A stretch of 59,261 bases of DNA, filler included, from Sphacelaria rigidula (GCA_964200075.2; 10 parts of 10 records of this genome joined end to end with filler, not necessarily neighbours in it), one strand, 5' to 3'; shown: positions 35,870 through 48,781, counted from the whole stretch's first letter. The notes: generated from the letters alone by a model not told the origin. A program made the numbers and translations.

Positions 35870-37300
35870 GTGTACCATTGATGGAGCACGGAGATATGAT
35901 AGATACCCTCACCTTCACCTTATTCGTAATCTGTATAGTTCGCTCGCGGTCGGAATCTTGCCTCGCCCGAGAGCCGCCGCGATCCCTGAGATATGCAGTG
36001 TCGAAATAGGCGCATCGGCACGCATCACGCTCAACTAAAGCTACCAACTAACCAAGGGTTTTGAGCCAGTTTTTTTGACGTTTTGACCTACCTTCGTAAA
36101 CTCCTCTGCAGTCGTAACTGCTCCGATGTTTTCTTTTTTCGTACGATCTCCGGACGTTCTACTGGGTACGTTGACGATCGCCTGAAGGAGTAGAGTGTTC
36201 CGCGAGACGCGCGAGGGCAGAGGCCAGCCGGCTTCAGTCAAGGGCATGGGGTGGCGGGTAAAGCCTGCTCTTGTTTGTGAAGCGGATGGAAAGGAGAGTG
36301 GCGAAGGTGGTACTGGCATCACAGGAGCCCACACCAGTCGTGAGTCGAAGTGAGCGTCAGCGCAAGCCGGTACTACGATGCGCACAAAAATCTGAGGTTG
36401 CGCTATCGAGCACTTGTCACAGGCATACGGGCATATGCACAGCATCGATCGAAACTCCCTTGATGAGTTTCACAGGCGTAGGGGCATATACACGCCAAAA
36501 CACTCATCACAGATGGACAAAGCAAGTCCGGGTTCAAATATGTACGTTCGTTGTGTTCACTTCGCGGCGCAAATGTTGTTTCAACACCGTCCCACGTAAA
36601 TGGATTGTATTGGGCAGGTTGCATCGCCAGCGTTCCTCGGCAATGTTCCGCATGATGAGGATTGAAGGCAACAGTATGCACGAGACAGTTGCAGAAACAG
36701 CTTGCCTCGTGTTGTCGTGTATGTCACGGCCCGTATCTCGCCGCGACCTTCCCGTTTGCAAACACAAGAAGCGCACAGGCGAACTCGGGTGCACCCGCTC
36801 GTTCCGTGGCGTACCTGCACATCGCCCCTGAAAAGTAGAGCTTGAAGATACCTTAAGTGCAGGTGCTTCCGCGAGACGAAAAAAACATGATAGCCGCACA
36901 TCACCCACCCCGCCTCTCCAGCACCCCACTTCGATCACACCTCGCAGTCGTTTCCTCAAGGTGGAAGATCACAGCAATGGGATGCGAATGCAGAGGAGTT
37001 CACGGAGGTGAGTAGGAAACAGCCTTGCTCCGGTTGCTGGATGTACACTCGCTACAGCGGGCTTGCACAGTCTTGAACTCTGATGTGAACTTATTGTAAT
37101 TGTCTTCCGGGTCGGCCTCCTTCACACTTGCGGTATTTCGTTCGAGACGACAAACGTGGATTGTGAGAACAACCGACCTCGCCCCTCTTGAGCGGTACAG
37201 TAGGGTCTGCCTGTACTGTATCGAGTCGCTCGTGAGGCCGCTCCGTGTAACAGACAAAAATAAAACCCCGAAAAAGCTGCTCACCTCCCACAGATAGGGG
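35870..37300 (-). mobile_element. Decayed Mutator-like (MULE) transposase region with SWIM-like and Ulp1-like segments
   Basis: Ordered fragments CGYHVF (about 36890), SCFCNC (about 36695), then NWL..., CAYFDT, ISPCSINGTH (36130-35870); many stops and frameshifts. Confidence 0.4.
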
Positions 37301-38223
37301 TAACTCAAAGTGAAGCAAAGCATTTTCGCGGCAATCCGGAGTATGGCCGAGCATTTGAAAATCGCCGCTGGGCAAAAATCGAGGACCCACCTGAAACCAG
37401 GGCAAGGACTATCGAATGGGGCATGCGCTGTATGACTGTGCTGTAGCACAGACACACTCATGGTCTGTCTTGTGCGTTGCAGGTGTCGCTGCGCTGTGGC
37501 GTCTTGAGGCCTTTGGGGAGACAGTTTGATCTCCGGTGGAAGTGCCTGATTTGCTCAAAATGTTGTTGGCACGCAGTGCTCTTTACACAGTCGAAACTTT
37601 CATGGGGTGTTGGCTGTTTCGTCTCGAGTCAAAGGAATGAGGCGCTCCTCAAATCCATCACCTTCCCCCTCAGATGGGGTTCGTGAAATATCTCTGGAGG
37701 GATTCAAAAGGTCTGGTGGGCTTTGCGGGGTTCGTAAAATATCTGCGTCTGCTCCTTGCACCCTATATCCGGACGACTTCAGGCATGGGAAAAATAGAAA
37801 AGAGCGACGCTTTTTACCTTCATTTTTGCATCTTTTTTTCGTGTTGTTAGTGCAGTTTTGGGGGGAAACGAACGTTGCTCTTGGGCCTCATCTCGATGTT
37901 TTGGCTTAATATTAAGAATTATGATTTGAAAATTGGCACGGAGAACCACAACAGTGTCAACAGTGTTGAGAGTAAAAAAACAAGTGAGCCTTCATTTTCC
38001 AAGATGTTTTCGTAGAAGTTACGTTGTTCACGTGAAGAAATGGTCTTCACCATACTAGAACGCCCTAAACCTGTGAAAAAAATAATTAAAGAACTGACCT
38101 GCTTTGTTCTGTTGATTTTTCCTTGGAAAGCGCCCACGCAACATTTCAATAGACGATAACCACACGCCGGCCGGTGGGTGGCCTTCGGAATACTGTTCCG
38201 GATTTCGGCCGATCATGTTTTCT

Positions 38224-38487
38224 GAAGGCCCATGCTCCCGCCAATATTTAGAGTTGGACCCTGAAATTTGGTATGCACAACGAATGGGGCATGGAACTAA
38301 ATTACCTCGGTGCCAAAATATTTTTTTCTAACAGTCCGGGGCAATAATCAGTTTTTGGCTTCAGGAAAATGCCTTCCACTCATGAAAACAAAAATGGTAC
38401 CGAGGTCATTTTGTTTTTCATGCCTTTTTCGTTGTAAATACAAAATTTCAGGGTTCAAATCCAAATATTGGCGGGAGCATGGGCTTC
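38224..38487. mobile_element. About 265-bp MITE with about 50-bp TIRs
   Basis: GCCCATGCTCCCGCCAATATTTAGAGTTGGACCCTGAAATTT ... AAATTTCAGGGTTCAAATCCAAATATTGGCGGGAGCATGGGC. Confidence 0.88.
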
Positions 38488-38844
38488 CAAACTTCAAATC
38501 CGCCTCCAGGCTGGCCGAGCTCGTAAGAAGCGGCCTGAGTGGCGTGCTAGAGTAGGTAGGAGGATATCGCAAGACGGTCAACCGCAAACGTTGCGGGATA
38601 TATGACTGACTAAATCCCGAGCCCAACCGCCGATACTGCTGCTGTACGAGCTGGGCCAGCCTGAAAACGGATTTGAGCTGTATAAGCAATATCTCATCGA
38701 CATAGATAGACGAGTTGGGCCGTGATCCGCATATCGTATCAGTCGTCGAATCAAGGGCAAGGTGCCCGTCTGCTCAAAAGTTTGGGCCCATATTTTCTCG
38801 CTGATTAAACCCCATGCCTAGTAATCCCTATACCTAAGGGGGAT

Positions 38845-40919
38845 TGTCATGAAGATACATACTTACCTGTTGTCATGCCGCTTCAGAACCGTTGTCGAAG
38901 TCTGGCTTTCGGTAATATTGGGAATCCCGGTAGATAGGGAACCCCGGTAGACAAGACTACAGGTCTGTTCAGAGATGGTCGGATACGAGTGTAAACCTGT
39001 ATAATTACAGGGATGGTATGTCTTCGATCGTGCTTTACGATCAAAGCCCCCCCCACCAACCACTATCAACGGCTCCCCTCTGCTAGCCAGCAAAAGGAAG
39101 TCTAACCATCGGTGAGAGATATTGGCTGGTCTGGGTTGCATTGATTGAGTGGGTATCGGAGTTAGAATCAAGATAATTAAGAGAGAAGTGAAAAACCTAT
39201 TGCGTGAACCTCGTTTGATATCTGGATACTGAGCAGGCCACACGGTATCTACAAGTTGTAACAGCCTGACGGTTGTACACTTGCCTGCCAAGCTTTTGCC
39301 TTGGGTTGCAAGCTGTGTCTTTGCATTATACTGCCGCTTGCTCTCTATCACATCGGCGTTTGACTCAGGAGCTTCTTCTTTGGCTATTGCGTTTCTTTCT
39401 TGTACCGATTTGTATCCCTGGCTGCCAGCTGTGTTCTCCAGCCTTTTGATTTTTTGCCCTTTTCCCTTCGGCGTTGTAGTCAAACCTACCGCGAGGTAGT
39501 AAGTAGCTCTCGAGCTTCTGCCCCGTGTGTCCCTCGGTAAAGTGCATTCGTGCCCTGCTACTTGCAATTGCTGTAGCGTTCGACGCCACATCTTGTGTGG
39601 TCAACGTGGGGTCAACGCGCACTGCTTGCTGTTCTTGCCGTGCTGTCAATTTGACATCACCTGCACAACGCCCAACGATATCAATCCCGTCTGCACTACT
39701 TTTGAATCTTTTCTTGATTCAATAGCCCGGCGCGACCCCCGCACCAAGCCATCGTTGGCTCGTGTATTTGGCCTTGTGGCCCCCATTCCTTCTGCTGAAT
39801 AAGTATTCTACTACAGGCTTGTACAGAACAGCACTGCACAAAGGCGCACTGTTCTTCACAGCCAGCCGCTGTTCCTGACTTGAGCTCCCGCCAAGCTGGC
39901 ACGCTGCTGCTCTTATTTTTCAATATCGATTGTATGCGACTGCTGTATCTTTCCTTCACGAAATTACTGAACTAAGTATAGACCGTGTTCACACAGTGTG
40001 ATAACGGACGTCTGAACCGAACTTTGGATTGTTCCGGCACTTTACCTTCGTTGCTCGAGCGACCTTGTTGTTGTTGTAGCTTTAGCTTCGTTGCTTGTGG
40101 CTACTTTGTTCTTGTTGTCCTCATGTGTACTTCGCACAGACGTAAGGCAACGCGGTACACCACCGTGGTAAGTAGCAATACACAGCATAACGTACTGTGA
40201 GTTTTTTCTTCTTTGAAAACTTCTCGAACAAACAACTTTATTGTTCCAAAACGGTTTCGTTGAAATACTACTAGCTGAAACATTTCAACCTCCGTTACGT
40301 GCTCATTTGAAGAGACAGCACTCGAAATCGGTCCCCCTTGCGTGTGCACTACAAATGTTTCGGCACCCGCTTCCAGCGTTGCCCCTGTTGTGCATCACAT
40401 CACCTTTGTTCCACATACATACGTTGTCTCAACTTCGTTGGATAACAAGCCTTCGCTATGCACTACGCAGTCCGAGTTCGCGGTCTACAACCGAAGCTTT
40501 GTAAAAGCTTTTGTGCTGCCTTATGCTGCACAGGTTTCGTGCGCATCTTTGGTTCTTTCATTTGCACACCGCCAGTCGTTGCTCAACTTGTGCTGGGATC
40601 ATACAGTTATAGTCTACCCGTGACGCTACATCCGGAACACGTGTAAGTTGTTCTTCCACGTACCAACACTGCTACAGACACTCGGGTCTTCGCTTGTCTT
40701 CGGCGACAAACGCCTGTTCTGCGTACAATCCCGTGCTAGCTATTACCGCCACAACTTGAATAAAGTTGTATCAATCAGACCCGGACACAGTTGTTACAAA
40801 CTGCAATTCGCTTGAATAAATTACTCAAGTAAATCAGGTCCTGCGGTCCCCTCAGGCGCTATCAGGCTTTATTATCCAGTATTTTCCGGATCAAGCTTCG
40901 GCTTCTGCACTTAGCATCA
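38845..40919 (+). mobile_element. Putative long LTR (about 2.07 kb) of an LTR retrotransposon
   Basis: PPT AAGGGGGA (38836-38843) then TGTCATG; ends GCATCA; AATAAA near 40759 and 40815; PBS-like TGGTGTCA at 40922. Confidence 0.55.
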
Positions 40920-41002
40920 CCTGGTGTCACGCTCCTTTGATTAGAGCTGCAGACCAGACATACTGCACCTTCCTATTTAAGCACAAAAAACGTACGCTCA
41001 TC

Positions 41003-41454
41003 ATGTCGCACATAAATAACCCTGGCTCTTCTCCTCAATTGGGAACCCAACCGCTTCGCCGGACCCGGAGTCAAACTACTGGCGGTTCAAAATCCTTCAA
41101 GATGAGCGGCAAGCCACTTTCAACACATCGCCGCACGTATGCGAGCGCTGTTCGTTCTTCGGGATCTGAAGACCAACATTCGAGCGAAGCTCATTCTTCA
41201 ACACTTGCAGACCAGACTTTGACGCCGAGACATGTTCTCTCACGTTCCGACTCGGACTCAGAGAACATGGTAGTGTACCCGACCGAGTCATTGGTTCCTG
41301 ACGCGCATGTCAGTGAGCCCATAACGATGGATTCCGTCGCACACCCCTCGCTGGCCCCTGCTCCCCCGAATCCCAATGTGGAATCCGGAGTTAGGATTGT
41401 GCCCTCAGTCGAGTCGTTGCCCCTGGACACACGTGTCCAGCTCGGCCCTGCCAC
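41003..41454 (+). CDS. Putative Gag N-terminus (truncated by contig end)
   Basis: ATG about 80 bp after the PBS-like site; open to the contig end; Ser/Pro-rich with RRTRSQT. Confidence 0.5.
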
Positions 41455-41554
41455 NNNNNNNNNNNNNNNNNNNNNNNNNNNNNNNNNNNNNNNNNNNNTT
41501 AATTAATTAANNNNNNNNNNNNNNNNNNNNNNNNNNNNNNNNNNNNNNNNNNNN
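41455..41554. other. Artificial contig linker
   Basis: Same 100-bp linker. Confidence 0.99.
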
Positions 41555-43555
41555 GCGGGCCGGGCGCCGCGCGCGGTGGCCGGCCGGGGGGGCGCGCGGG
41601 GGGGGGGGGGGGGGGACAGGGGGGCTCGGGCTACCGCCAAAAGGCCTCCGGCGGAATCGGCGCGACTCGCCGATCAGGCCGGAGGCCAATGTTTTCCTAT
41701 GACCTGTACGGTTTTACGGTATGGTGGAAGGATAATACGCAACGCACACACCCCAACACCGAGCGTCTCCACACACATGGAAACAACGGGGGTGTATTTT
41801 GCACTGTCGTCTTAGATCATCATTGCGCCTGTTGCTTTGCGACGTCTGCGTACTCGGTCACTTTCAGGCACTCGGACCATTCGCGTCGTTTTGACATCAT
41901 CAAAGCATAAAAACTTGGCTACACACCTGGAGGGGTTTCCCCCCCATAATTATTAGTATCGAAGGGGACAGTCAGTAGTGTAGCTTCCCATATCGTTTTT
42001 GTTGTCCACCCACATAATATTGGCGCGCACCGAGGACTCACTCATCGACGACACAGCCTCATGCTATAAGCAAATGCGGCTTCGGTCCACTGACCAACCA
42101 GTACACGAACACATGAACTAGTGTATATCCTCTGGTTTCCTCTGCATTGCTGCGGAGCCGCCAGCCAAATGTACCGTGGGGCCCATCGCAACTCCAGCTC
42201 ACGCACCTCTGCGGTCTTACAATATTCCTCCCCCATGGTCCACCATGTGACGACGATCGGATCCCAAGGAGATCAGTTCAAGTGCGACAATCAACCAACC
42301 GATGAATGCTGCCTTGTCCATCAGGTAGAATATCCCCCCGCCTCCAACTCATCGGACGGAGCCAGTAAACCACCGACATGTCTCCATGAACTTCGCTATC
42401 ACGCACAGTTGACAATTTGTGTTGCTCTTTGCAACCGAAGCTGTTGCACGCTACAGTCATTCCGCTTGGGACACAGACACGCTCCTGAGATAAGTTGTTG
42501 ATTAAAAAGAGCAGCTTTCCCCCCGCCGATGTGATTGACTAACGCTCTCGTCTGCACTAAGGCGTCGCGTTAACCTGCCCAGCACAGTGGATGTCGACAA
42601 AGAAAAGCAAAGTGAACACGCAGAGATCACATCGTCGGGTGGACGACGGAGACGGGGTGCGCGTGTCTCCATGAGTATGAACGGAAATTCGCCAATCAAC
42701 GACAAGGGCATGCGATCCTGATGCACGTCCATCCAACACACGTGAACTGCAAACACGAAATATGTGATGCATTCCTAGGGAGCACTTGTTACGTCCCCAT
42801 GGACATGAAAATCAATCAATTATGATAGCAACATCGAGAATATAACGCTAGGATACGCCCAACACACCTCAATGGAGTAGACAAAACATCCGAAGTGTTG
42901 ACGGGAGTGTGTATCGTCTCCCGCCGATAAAAGCAGCCAATTCATCAACAATATCGAGGTCATTGTTGCCACGATACGGTCAACACACGTTCGCTGAATG
43001 GACAAGACATTTTATTCCATTCTTCTTTTTCCCTGTTCGCCCTGATCTTTTCAAGACTGGGACTGAGAACTTGAAGCAGATTGCTCGCAGAAATGCTACA
43101 TGTAATATTTCACCCGAGATCAGCTTGCCTCTACTTTCAACGGGGCTAGATGGCGCAGAATCGGCATCTTCGCGTTCAAAATAAAATTCGGTAGTGACGG
43201 CAACGCGCCCATCATAGAGAAGTCACGCCGTTTTGTCCATACGATCCTTATATTATCGACTGGGGCAAAAAAGCTTGGAGTCGGGCTACGCTCCATTGAG
43301 ATACATTTGCAGTGAGGAGTACGAAAGCACAGAGACATGCACACACCAGACATTACACTCTATCATGACACAATACGCTGGTACTTGAACAATATCTTGG
43401 GTGAATGACCTAACAACAACACACGTGCAAGAACAGAAACCACACACAGTACATGTTCAATGCACCCTATGCAGCAGCATTACTATTTTTTGGTTCCAAA
43501 ATGAGTCTGGCTCTGAGCTAGTGTCGGTAATATCTTCCAATGATATAAGCCCTAC

Positions 43556-43733
43556 CTTTTTGGCGCTTTGGGGCGGTGAAGGCCGACGACGGCGAGCCGG
43601 GTGATGCGGGAAGATCTGCTGCGCTGAAGCTACCCTTTCGCTTCCCAGTCATGCTGCTCCCGCCGCCACTGCCTCTGTCGTATTTGGTATCATCGTGATG
43701 TGTCTCAGGCTGCGGATCCATCATCCATCCAGT
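43556..43733 (-). CDS. Candidate orphan exon, disordered protein
   Basis: CAG acceptor, AAG|GTAGG donor; TGWMMDPQPE...GKRKGSFSAADLPASPGSPSSAFTAPKRQK. Confidence 0.35.
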
Positions 43734-44339
43734 CTGCCCTCCCCCCGCCCCATTACACAGCATTAAGTTCGTGAATATTGAGTAAGCCGGGGGGATACAC
43801 AGGGACATATACATGCATCACAACGGCTTGGAAAGGATATATCAGAGAAACAATCCCTGTGCGGTCTAGATTATCTGCAGACACACTACTAACAGGTACG
43901 ATATGGTATTATGCTATTGCGCCCTAATACTCGTGGTAAACATTCAAGACATAATCTAGCTCACAAGCGACAAGTTCCCACCCTCGTATGCCTCACAAAC
44001 GTGCGCAGTCAGTGTTGACGTTTCTGCTCTGATTCATGTTGATGAGACGTGGATATACTGTAGTAGTGGGTTTAACGTATAGCTATGTCAAGAGCAAATA
44101 TGATAATTGGATGAAAACCACATGAAATAGTCCACGGCATTGTCAAATCAATACGCCCGGGAAGCAGAGGTATGACCACGCGACACCAAGGTGTATGTAT
44201 GGCTCACTCTCCCACTGCTATACCCCTAACAATCAACCTCCTGTACGCATCACGTGTATAGCACACACACGAGACACAAACGCGGAAACACCACCGCCAA
44301 CTGTACAGCAGTAGCATCGCCCCCCAAACGACGCGAGCA

Positions 44340-44578
44340 AGGAAAATAAAAATCTAAGCCTTGAAAGAAACGAAAATGAAACAGAAAGTGAAAAAAAAAA
44401 AACGCGACAAAAAAACAGAGACCACACGAACAAACAAAAAACAAAAAAAAAAGACGTAGCAATTATCACAACCGAANNNNNNNNNNAAACAAAGAAAAAA
44501 AAAAAAAAAAAAAACAAAAAATTAAAAAAAACAAAAAAAAAAAAGAAAAAAAAAAAAAAAAAAAAGCGACAAAAAAAC
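44340..44578. other. Poly-A low-quality tract around an internal scaffold gap
   Basis: A homopolymers flanking a 10-N gap. Confidence 0.8.
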
Positions 44579-45007
44579 TGAGGCCGCTGTTACCTTCTCA
44601 GCCCTTTGAATATACTCGTCTCGCTCATCATTCCCGAGCTCTCGCCACATCAACTGCATGACAACACGATAAAAAGACAAAAGCAAGCCGAGTAATTAGC
44701 ATGTACGCAAAGCAATCAATAGCTCTCGAGCTAAGGCGTCGGCACAAGCAAAAATCCAGGGGGCAACAGCAAAAAAAAAAAGTGATCCTCATGTGTTCTC
44801 GTCAAACATACATTCAGCCGTCCCTTTCCTTCCTTGGGGTGAAATCGAAATTTCAAGGGAACAGAGAAACTGACTCTAGCTACTGTGTGGCCCTATATAT
44901 ATATCGAAAATGTCAACGTTTTCAGTCACCAACCGGCATCATTACAAAACCACTTAACCTCTATCCACGTGCAGACAATTTGAGGAGTACAGCAAGTTCA
45001 GTGTGTG

Positions 45008-45225
45008 TGTCGTTGTCCCTTTTAAATTGGACGCCGGTCTACACCTTTCAGTGTATGTGGGCGCACCAGCGGGGGTCACACAGGAGGAAAGCCAACACAG
45101 GAGTTCTTCTTTCTTGTTTTTTAGTTCTCCACCTTCCTTCCGCGATGCTTGCCTTTATCTTTTGTCGCGAGAGGGGTTCAGCAGTCCCTTTCCCTCGTCG
45201 ACCATTAATTTGAATTTTGTGTTGA
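45008..45225 (-). mobile_element. Repeat family E, probable LINE/SINE 3' end
   Basis: GTCTACACCTTTC.GT.TATGTGGGCGCACCAGC shared with 59197-59261; both copies end on the minus strand in GGGAC.AC.AC. Confidence 0.7.
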
Positions 45226-45954
45226 GTTTAAAAACCCATTTCAGCCTCCACAAAGTACCAAGGTTTCCCACCTCGCGTACAGCTTAGGCGCGGCGATTTT
45301 TCTTATTTTTTCGGCAGCGGGCGATCCTTTGTCCTCGAACCAAGACTGGGCGTACATAGAAAGTGCCAGAGGATCTCATGCATTCGCTAGTCCATAATAA
45401 AATTGCCGAGTATGTGGTCACCCATCAAATATGATCGTTTTTTTTCCAGAAGTTACCGTTTCTTGTACTCGCGATTTGCCCGGGGAAGTTCATTCTACAC
45501 ATGATGACCATAAGTCTTTGCAGATTTTTCTTCTCTTTAGGTGAAGAAAAAGAAATGGCAGCACGGTAGTAAAATGAATTTTATGATGTTTGGCTTTCAA
45601 TCAATACTGCACGCAAAAAGTCAGCTGTCCACATTTTGTGGTGAAAGCCATAATTTCCCTTGTATAATTCAATACGCCGCTACAGCCAGTATATGACTAT
45701 GATGATAATTTTCGGCACATCTCTCTACACACTCTTTTACCCAGTCAACTGCAGAGATACGCCACGCGGCCCGAGTATGAACATTCAAACTATCGCTCGA
45801 ACTGGGAAAATAAACGTGTGTATCTGGAGAGAGGGAGAGAGAGATGTGTGAGTATTTATGGTATTTTCGATCAGAAATCAACGTGAACGAAAGAACGGGG
45901 TTGATAAGCAATTCTCACGACCAAGAAAATCTCTTTGTGAAGAAAAAGCGGCAC

Positions 45955-46165
45955 CTTGATACGGTCTTTAATTTCCTGGTCCGTCGGGTTGGACACCCCT
46001 GCATCCTCCAGTGCCTCCACAGCAGCTTCGCGCTGAGCGTGCTTGAACAGATAGAACGCTTCCCATCACCATTACAAGACAGCCACAGATATCGAATACA
46101 TCCAGCGGAGGGAGAAGGGTCGCGGTACGCTCGTGTAAACTCCTCCATCGACAATTTCCCGATAT
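45955..46165 (-). pseudogene. Transposase-like fragment with in-frame stops (not in the ORF track)
   Basis: ...W*WEAFYLFKHAQREAAVEALEDAGVSNPTDQEIKDRIK|GT. Confidence 0.4.
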
Positions 46166-47390
46166 AAGGATATGGGTGACCAAGAAGAGGAAAACATGCA
46201 CTCGATGAAAACGGGTGGACGTTTCTCAGACAGAGAACAAAATCACCTCGTCACCCCTACGGAAGCCGTTGTACTTTGCTAGTCTCTTATTCCCCGCGAT
46301 CGGAAAGGAGGTGTGAAATCGAATCAACCGAGGACACGCCCACGACGAAAAAATAACAGACGAAAAGGAACAAAGAAGGAAAGATTCAATACACCAATCG
46401 CAAAAATAAAAACTGAAGAAGGTAGACCTATAGTTTACTATCATAGCCTAGCCTCAGAGCAAACTTCACAGAAATCACCACAATTACCATCCAGAGGCTG
46501 GGCCCGCACTGAAACTCAGTGACTGCAGAGCCAGTGCACCCAATAGAGGTCCGCTTTAAACCCATCCCATATTCGCAATAGCGATCACTTTATCCAAATC
46601 CACATACTGCGGTATGTGAAGTGAAAAAAAAGGGGTTTCTTTTTTCTTGACAGGATGTGACTACCGTGTGTTCTATCTTCTGTCAAGTTGTTTAACCAGA
46701 GACTCACGAGATCGCACCACATTCCCGCCGCTCCCCGAGCGTTTCTTGGATGATGACGACGAGCTGCCTCCCGACTTATGCGGCTGATTCTGTATACATT
46801 AATTCACATATTTCGAACGGCACACACGACCAATAACACGGCAACAGGCGCTTCAAAATAAATTAACCATAGGTACATGTTGAATAGCTATACATTGTAT
46901 TCAACTAATTAATATCTAGATATAAATGAATCTGTAAATGGAGGGGGAGAAAAGAAAGAATCGGATTCTCACGTGAAAGCGGATTGACGGAATCAACGAA
47001 CAAGAACTCCGTGGACCAAAAGACATCACAGTGCGACGAGTGCACATGAGAGAAGAACACATAATACGTACGCACATATCTATAAGTAACAGCACAATCA
47101 GATACAACCGAAGCGGGGGCGGAGATAGTCAACACAGGAATATCGAGCATTTATAGTTGGACATCATCGACACGAAAAATATTCAACAGCAACCCACAAA
47201 AATTTGGCATGCTAGCTTCAATAGGTGAGGCGCTCAGTTTCGGAGATTGTTTTGGTTGGTCACTAAAATGTCTCTCTTATCAAGCTTCGAGGTCACCCAG
47301 GAGATGGTAGTCGGTGTATCTATCCTTCAGTTCCGACACACAGAAAATCTCTGTAAGCCCAAATTTGGCGCGGAGGGCGGAGGGGAGGGG

Positions 47391-47490
47391 NNNNNNNNNN
47401 NNNNNNNNNNNNNNNNNNNNNNNNNNNNNNNNNNTTAATTAATTAANNNNNNNNNNNNNNNNNNNNNNNNNNNNNNNNNNNNNNNNNNNN
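47391..47490. other. Artificial contig linker
   Basis: Same 100-bp linker. Confidence 0.99.
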
Positions 47491-47725
47491 CAATGTTGAT
47501 CACCTCGAAAAAAAGAAATCTTCCGGACTTACGGCGGGTCAAAAGAATTCTGAAATCATGAAATCGAGGGAAAATGCTCCGAAAAATATATATATATTTT
47601 TTGATCAGCATTCAGTGTTTTTGTAAGCTTGATAAGAATCACGTCTCAAATTTTTAGATCCGAACTCGAAAAATTGAGCGGGGCAGAGCGAAATCAAGCT
47701 TTTTTCAGCTTCTTGCCCGGCCCAG

Positions 47726-48075
47726 CTCGTACACTTGATTCATGCTGCACGAAAAAAGAATGGGAAACACATGCGCTTGATTCACCTCGTATGATTAGAA
47801 GGTAGGCAATACGTACGTATGTTCCATGCAGCATAATTGGAACGGGAGAAGCATGTACCTGTGATTCATGTCAAATGAATGGAAGGCGGGGAACAAGTAC
47901 ACTTGATTCATACTGCATGGATGGAACGGGATAAACATGTATGCTTGATGAACTTCGTATGGGTGGAAGGAGGAAGACATGTACCTACGATTCATACTGC
48001 ATGAATGGACGGGGAGAAACATGTACCTACGATTGATACCGTACGAATGGAAGAGGTAGGAAACATGTACCTTCG
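47726..48075. repeat. 42-bp diverged minisatellite, about 8-9 copies
   Basis: CA(T/A)GTA core at 47852, 47894, 47936, 47978, 48020, 48064. Confidence 0.9.
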
Positions 48076-48781
48076 ACGGTGTCCCGCACGAACCACGAAC
48101 TGGGGATGCGTACACTCCAAGTAGTGTCGCACGAATCACGAGCCCACAACATGTACGAATCACATTTGGTGTACGAGTCGTATGGTCGATTCGTGCAAAT
48201 GTTGAATATGGGACGAATCACGATTCTATTCATCCGAACCGTGCAATCCACCTCTTCCTGATCACGACGAATTCGGGATCTTGCATGTAGGAGAAAATAT
48301 TGGAAGGTCAGTAGCACTGAAGTTGGTTCGGCCAAAATCGATCGATAGAGGAGAAATTATGGCTGGGGTGCAAAGCGGAAGTGAGGACATGCGGCACCTC
48401 TCACGAGAGAAAGCGCACCCCCATGTAACCCCCTATCACGGTAATCAAATTCCGTCCCCATGTAGCTGCCAGATCGTCACACAAACCCGCCGCTACAGAA
48501 CGGAGAACCCATCGCTGACTGCAATTTTCACACGAACAACAACTGTGTACAAACACCAATGCTGTACATAAAAAAAGTGGCGGACTAGTATACGTCGACT
48601 CAATGCACTGCTTCGTGGTAAAACGTTCAAGTGAACCACAGAAGGCGGCATGGCTCACCTGGGACACCGCCAATCGTGTCCGTGCTGATATGGGTCAGGA
48701 AGACGTTTTCCACCTTTGTTAGCCTAATCCTGTGCTCCATGAAGATACGCTGCGTGCCCTCGCCCGCATTGAACACGAACC

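Noticed and set aside
36445..36475. CGAAACTC...TGATGAGTTTC as a hammerhead ribozyme
   Set aside because: The core lacks CTGA and is just a short hairpin.
38863..39591. 242-aa minus-strand ORF
   Set aside because: No recognisable domain or splice signals, and it lies antisense within the putative LTR.
42040..42620. ADES / MDKAAF / GGKLLFL fragments as a Tc1/IS630 transposase
   Set aside because: The fragments are in inconsistent order and frames, and there is no SPDLNPIE-like motif.
47726..48075. Regularly spaced repeats as a CRISPR array (also 5066-5259 and 35145-35211)
   Set aside because: Whole units are homologous, there are no unique spacers or cas genes, and the context is eukaryotic.
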